A stretch of 64,000 bases of DNA from Lytechinus pictus. Its lineage: Eukaryota. The notes beneath the pieces are model-generated. The model searched no databases. It was not told where the DNA came from and saw only the letters and a program-made list of their open reading frames with translations. Position numbers and translations under genes: made by a program. The stretch is from the NCBI RefSeq assembly GCF_037042905.1, contig NC_087245.1:42720001-42784000 (forward strand). The letters are read 5' to 3'. Shown here piece by piece: positions 59,443-64,000 of this stretch (the first letter of the stretch is position 1; the number at the start of each line of letters is the position of its first letter).

Positions 59443-61824
59443 TAGATAGAGATATGTATTAGATGACAGAAATGTGAATAATTGATTGTTAACAAAGATA
59501 ATATGCTGTCTTGATGAAAGTCTGGGTAAAACTATTATTTCCGAGACGAATCTTATTTAGCAATCTTTTAGAAACAAGGTTGAGAAAAAGTAGTCTCAAT
59601 ACATCGACTAATTTGAATTTCTCATTGATACTTAATCGATGCACCCTTAATTCTTAATATTCTTATCATCATGTTCAACAATACATTCTATTCTATTCTA
59701 TTCAACACAATACTGTTTAGAATTGGTTACTCACAAATTAATAGAGCCCATTTCTAATAGTCTACCATTCGCCTTCTTTGGTTGTTGTATTCTTATTTTT
59801 AACAACATTTAGGGTATTTTCTCCTTTCATTACTTTTATGCATACTTTTTGTTCTTCCCCATCTCATTCCGTATGTTTGCGCCCCTTGAAAGTGACCCTC
59901 GGGGCACATGCCCCTTGCCCCCCCCCCACCTGGATACACCACTGTCTACCTCACTATCCTGTTTTCAAATCACCATTTTTGACTTACCCTAACATTTTCC
60001 TGGTGTTTATTTTCATTTTACTTAATTTAAAATGCATTACAGTTATCCTTGGGTGCAACAACCCTATAACTTTTCATATTAAAAGATTATCCTAATATTC
60101 ACGTCATCGCAATAATTTAGGAAAAACCCCTATAAAAGGTTTAGAGAGTTGATTGGAAACCCTACTAATAAATTTATTTTACATTAAGTAATTAACAGTC
60201 ACTCGGGGCATGTAGTCAGGGTAGTAATGGGTTGGTTTAAGTGCAGCTTCATATGGTATATACTTAGGTAAAATAACGGAAATCTCTGCGTTGAATTCAA
60301 GTATTTCATTTCTGTCCCCGTATTAATTAGCCTGCCTCTTCTTTTTATGAAATAACATCGCATTTGGCACGTTCAATTGCCGAGATTATCTCCGTTTTTC
60401 CTTTCATTTCTAATCAGGGTTTTATAGATTGACATTGAAAAACTTTCCTTCCATATTGGTTCATTATCGTTTCTATATGATGTGCTAAACTCTATGTATT
60501 AATAATTACGATGATTGTATACTGTTGTACTGGCATACACATAGTTCAGTCAACACATTGAACACTTACTCAAAAGCACGTACTGTTTTCTAGTTGTTTG
60601 AACCAACCAGAATGATAATTTTTTTTTTATTCGACAAGGTTAAGGTAGGGAACTTCTTGTTTTTCACAAGATACTCAATGGCTTTATATATTTGACATTT
60701 AATAATTGATTCTAAAGTCACGCTTTCATGAATACATTAATTACGAAAGAAAATTGGAATTAGTACCGGGATAATTCAATAATTTTAAATGAGTTATCAA
60801 TTCATTACCATCGCTGTTTGACAGAATTCATTCATGTATTCATTAATGAAGGTAGAAAGTCAAGGAAACTTTATCAGTTAGGTTGCAACAATTTGTATTA
60901 AAAATCACGTTACCGGATCGATGATTTATACATTGACTCCAGGCAATATTTTGGTTACAATAATAATCATCGTGTACCTAAAAAGAGGATAGCGTGCATC
61001 ATGATCGTGATGCTATCGCTTACTCCACCCGCCCTCTCTTTATAGGCGATCGTGTTGCCATGTATACATTTTAGCGTACAACAGGAAAGCTTTACATATT
61101 TAAGGTGAGATTTGTGTCCAATCATATTTCAGAAACGGAAATCTCTCGATGAGAGGTAGCGTAATTGAAAGTCTAAGTTTAATCATGAGAGAGGATATTG
61201 TGAGAAGCATCTAGTGACAGAAAGTAAAGGCATGTACGTCGAAATTGAGGACAATTGGTCAGGCTTTTGAGATGCGCTGAATTTGAATATCGTAAAACGT
61301 CGTAGCAATTAACTGAAAATTGAGATCATTATACTCAGACAAATTAAAAAACAATTCTATTCAAGATCCGTTTTCTCTGATCCTTTCCTCCGCTATCGTT
61401 TCACTCAAGATTGGCGTTGATATCGTAAGTCTTATACGTTTGTTGATAGAAGCCGTGATTGACTTTTCTAACAATTCTGTTGCTTTCTTTCTTTGCCGAT
61501 TTATTGTTTTCACTTATTATTAAATCCTTAAAACAACGTTATCTTACCACATTAATTTTCGCTATTCCCGATCTAACGTTGAAGCGAATCTATTTTAAAG
61601 CAAACTGATATTGCAAAGAAGTAATTTTGGTTTCTGGGATAGAAATTGAGAAATAAAAGGACCCGAATTACATGAATTATGATCCATGTCATTGTCCTGA
61701 TAATACTCACCTAAGTGAAATTCCCCAAAACAAGTTAAACTTTAATGGAACATTTCTCCTTCCTCTTTACATGCAGGCACTGATGCAAAGACATACTTTG
61801 TGATTTCATGTAGAGAATCCAGCG

Positions 61825-63252
61825 ATGTCGAGGATAATATCCATGTTGTTTATTGCATTGTTTACATTTTCATCCCCATATCACGCTCAAAGATGGACCA
61901 CGGATTCAGAGAAAGAAAATTCTTCGAATAGTTCTGTTCCTACAGAAATAACAATATCTCTAAAAACCGTCTCGGGATCATCCGAAACATTACATGGGAA
62001 TACGCCATCTTCTGAAAGAATAACTCTGAATTCCTCATCATCATTATCATCATCATCATCATCATCATCATCGGCGACACCACCATCGTTTTCACAATCA
62101 TCATCATCACCATCAGCGTCATCTCTGAACTTACCAACTGATTCTTTGTCGAATACGTCTGAAGGGACTATTTTGGCCGAACAAGGGACTCCTGCTTGGT
62201 CGACCGAAAATGTGTCTGCTGCTCCAAGAAATCTCACCGATGATGCTTGGATTTGGGACCCGGTCATATTTTCTTGGTGGCTTAGTCTCCAAATGATCTC
62301 CGTAATACTTGGCTTGGTAGGGAACTTCCTCGTAATGTTGGTCCTCTTTCAAAGACGCCATACAGGTAGCTCTGCAGATACTTTTATCGGAAACCTTGCG
62401 GCTGCCGATTTCTTAAGTTCTTTGTTTCTCATTCCGCTGCCCCGTGCAACTCGGGTGCCTTCGACGCTCTTAGGTAAGTTGTACTGTAAGATCGTCTTTA
62501 CATCTTTTCTGGTTTGGTTGTGCATCTTTACATCGACCTTGACACTCATGGCGATCTCTGTCGAGCGTTTTGTCGCCATTGTCTATCCGATCCAATTCGC
62601 TCGTTTCAGGAATCGGAGGCACATTAATGAAGGCATCATCTCCATCTGGGGACTGTCCTTAGTGGTGAATCTCTTCATCCCACTAACAATGCACGTGAGC
62701 GACGAATCCAATCAATGCAAAGTGGAATTCATGACGTACACGAGTCAGATCATCATCGGTGTAATGACCGCCCTGGTATGTTATATAATCCCAATCTCTG
62801 TCATGTTAGTGACCAATGTCACTGCAGCGCGCAAACTGCATCGACAGTTCAAGCGATTCAGAAGTACATTGCCAGGTGAATTCAACGGACAGTCAACGGC
62901 ATCTTTGAATCTTCTCCATGCAAGGAAACGAGTTTTGTATATGCTTATCCTCGTTGTCATTATTTATGCCATCTGTTGGGGACCGAACACGATAGCATAT
63001 TTCCTCTATAATATTCGCATCTTAGACCCGTTGTATCTATACGGTCCTGTCGATAGGATCCTGGTCCTATTGGCATTCTATAACTCTTGCGCCAATCCAA
63101 TTGTCTATACCCTCCGGTATCCCCGATTCCGCAAGGCCCTTCGCAATGTCTTCACGTGTTCAAAAGTCAGCAGCAATGCCATATTCGAATTTAATAACAC
63201 TGGTCCTAAAACAAATGATGGTAAAGACAAAATAACAATGACAGCCATGTGA
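61825..63252 (+). CDS. Class A GPCR, galanin/allatostatin-A-receptor-like peptide receptor, 475 aa, intronless CDS
   Basis: Seven hydrophobic helices. TM1 GN, TM2 LAAAD, TM3 C...ERF, TM6 CWGP, TM7 NPIVY. A splice acceptor (CTTTACATGCAG) ~48 nt upstream suggests a 5'UTR intron. The ligand class is an inference. Confidence 0.92.
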   Translation: MSRIISMLFIALFTFSSPYHAQRWTTDSEKENSSNSSVPTEITISLKTVSGSSETLHGNTPSSERITLNSSSSLSSSSSSSSSATPPSFSQSSSSPSASSLNLPTDSLSNTSEGTILAEQGTPAWSTENVSAAPRNLTDDAWIWDPVIFSWWLSLQMISVILGLVGNFLVMLVLFQRRHTGSSADTFIGNLAAADFLSSLFLIPLPRATRVPSTLLGKLYCKIVFTSFLVWLCIFTSTLTLMAISVERFVAIVYPIQFARFRNRRHINEGIISIWGLSLVVNLFIPLTMHVSDESNQCKVEFMTYTSQIIIGVMTALVCYIIPISVMLVTNVTAARKLHRQFKRFRSTLPGEFNGQSTASLNLLHARKRVLYMLILVVIIYAICWGPNTIAYFLYNIRILDPLYLYGPVDRILVLLAFYNSCANPIVYTLRYPRFRKALRNVFTCSKVSSNAIFEFNNTGPKTNDGKDKITMTAM

Positions 63253-64000
63253 ACAAAGTGGACATGGATTGCAATCTGTAGCCTTACCCTTGGTATTACC
63301 AGTGTATCTGCAACCGCCAGTACGTTTCTTCTAGGGGTAATTAAGTACGTGCCCTGCGAAAATGAAGTTCAAATATTCTAGTTTGAACATTCTCTGCCTG
63401 CAAAAATGTTGATTTCGGAAGCAAAGTTGTTAAAACATGTTGGTAGGTATCCTTTTTAATTTCGTAGAAAGAAAATGCAAAAAAACTATGAAATGTACGC
63501 CATGGTCAATTTGTTTTATTGCCTTATTCTTTGAAATGAAAGAGTGAAAATTGACATTTTTGCGCAAACATATATCTGCGAGATTTTCAACATTTGGTGC
63601 TCATTCAAGCATAATATTTGAGCAAAAACCATACTGGCATCTGATAGAAGAGACCGGAGCCCAAGAATTTATGTGACAAAATTATCCTCATATTGCGTTG
63701 TAAATATTGAAATTGCCAGGACCTTTTCAAAGTGTTTTTTTTTTTACTGATACGCACTGTATATACTTCTCTGATATCTGCAACCTATCCATCACAATAA
63801 TTCTTTGAGGGATTGACACTAAACAAGCCCTGCTTTTCAGTGGATGCTTCCATTTCCTTTACTCTGCATTTAATATATATTTTCGTCACATAGTAGCAGT
63901 CAAAATTATGTCATAATGTATCAACCATTTCATGCGTATATTTTCTGTGAGTTAACTAGTTTATATAGATGTTTCAAACAAACTAAATTACTCACCGGTC

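Noticed and set aside
3961..63252. Functional cluster linking sialyltransferase, transporter and GPCR
   Set aside because: Adjacent eukaryotic genes with no visible shared regulation. Proximity alone is not evidence.

Overview
AT-rich, repeat-dense eukaryotic DNA with spliceosomal introns. The repeat families and gene content suggest a marine invertebrate such as a sea urchin (inference). Three host genes can be assembled by hand: (1) a minus-strand GT29 sialyltransferase of the ST6GalNAc III-VI type (7 coding exons, 24758->3961, ~477 aa) with a ~140-aa charged tail after the usual HPSW terminus; (2) a minus-strand SLC18B1-like MFS transporter (12 coding exons, 41541->28735, ~636 aa); (3) an intronless class A peptide-type GPCR (61825-63252, +). 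The most striking element is a very young, intact 9.36-kb Ty3/Gypsy LTR retrotransposon (44659-54021, -). It has 602-bp LTRs, an ATAC TSD, a tRNA-Leu PBS and a G-GGA-AAC slippery site with a predicted pseudoknot. In the env position it carries a third ORF encoding a tandem C2H2 zinc-finger protein preceded by its own splice acceptor, and its leader holds a dense GCTCA-motif array. Also present: a Penelope-like inverted/tandem unit carrying a full tRNA cloverleaf with a UCA (opal-reading) anticodon, a decayed PHD-APE-RT LINE, many hAT-, Tc1- and TTAA-type MITEs (some nested), a 22-bp minisatellite with higher-order structure, and a 1.6-kb (CTA)n tract. All calls come from reading the sequence; no database searches were run.
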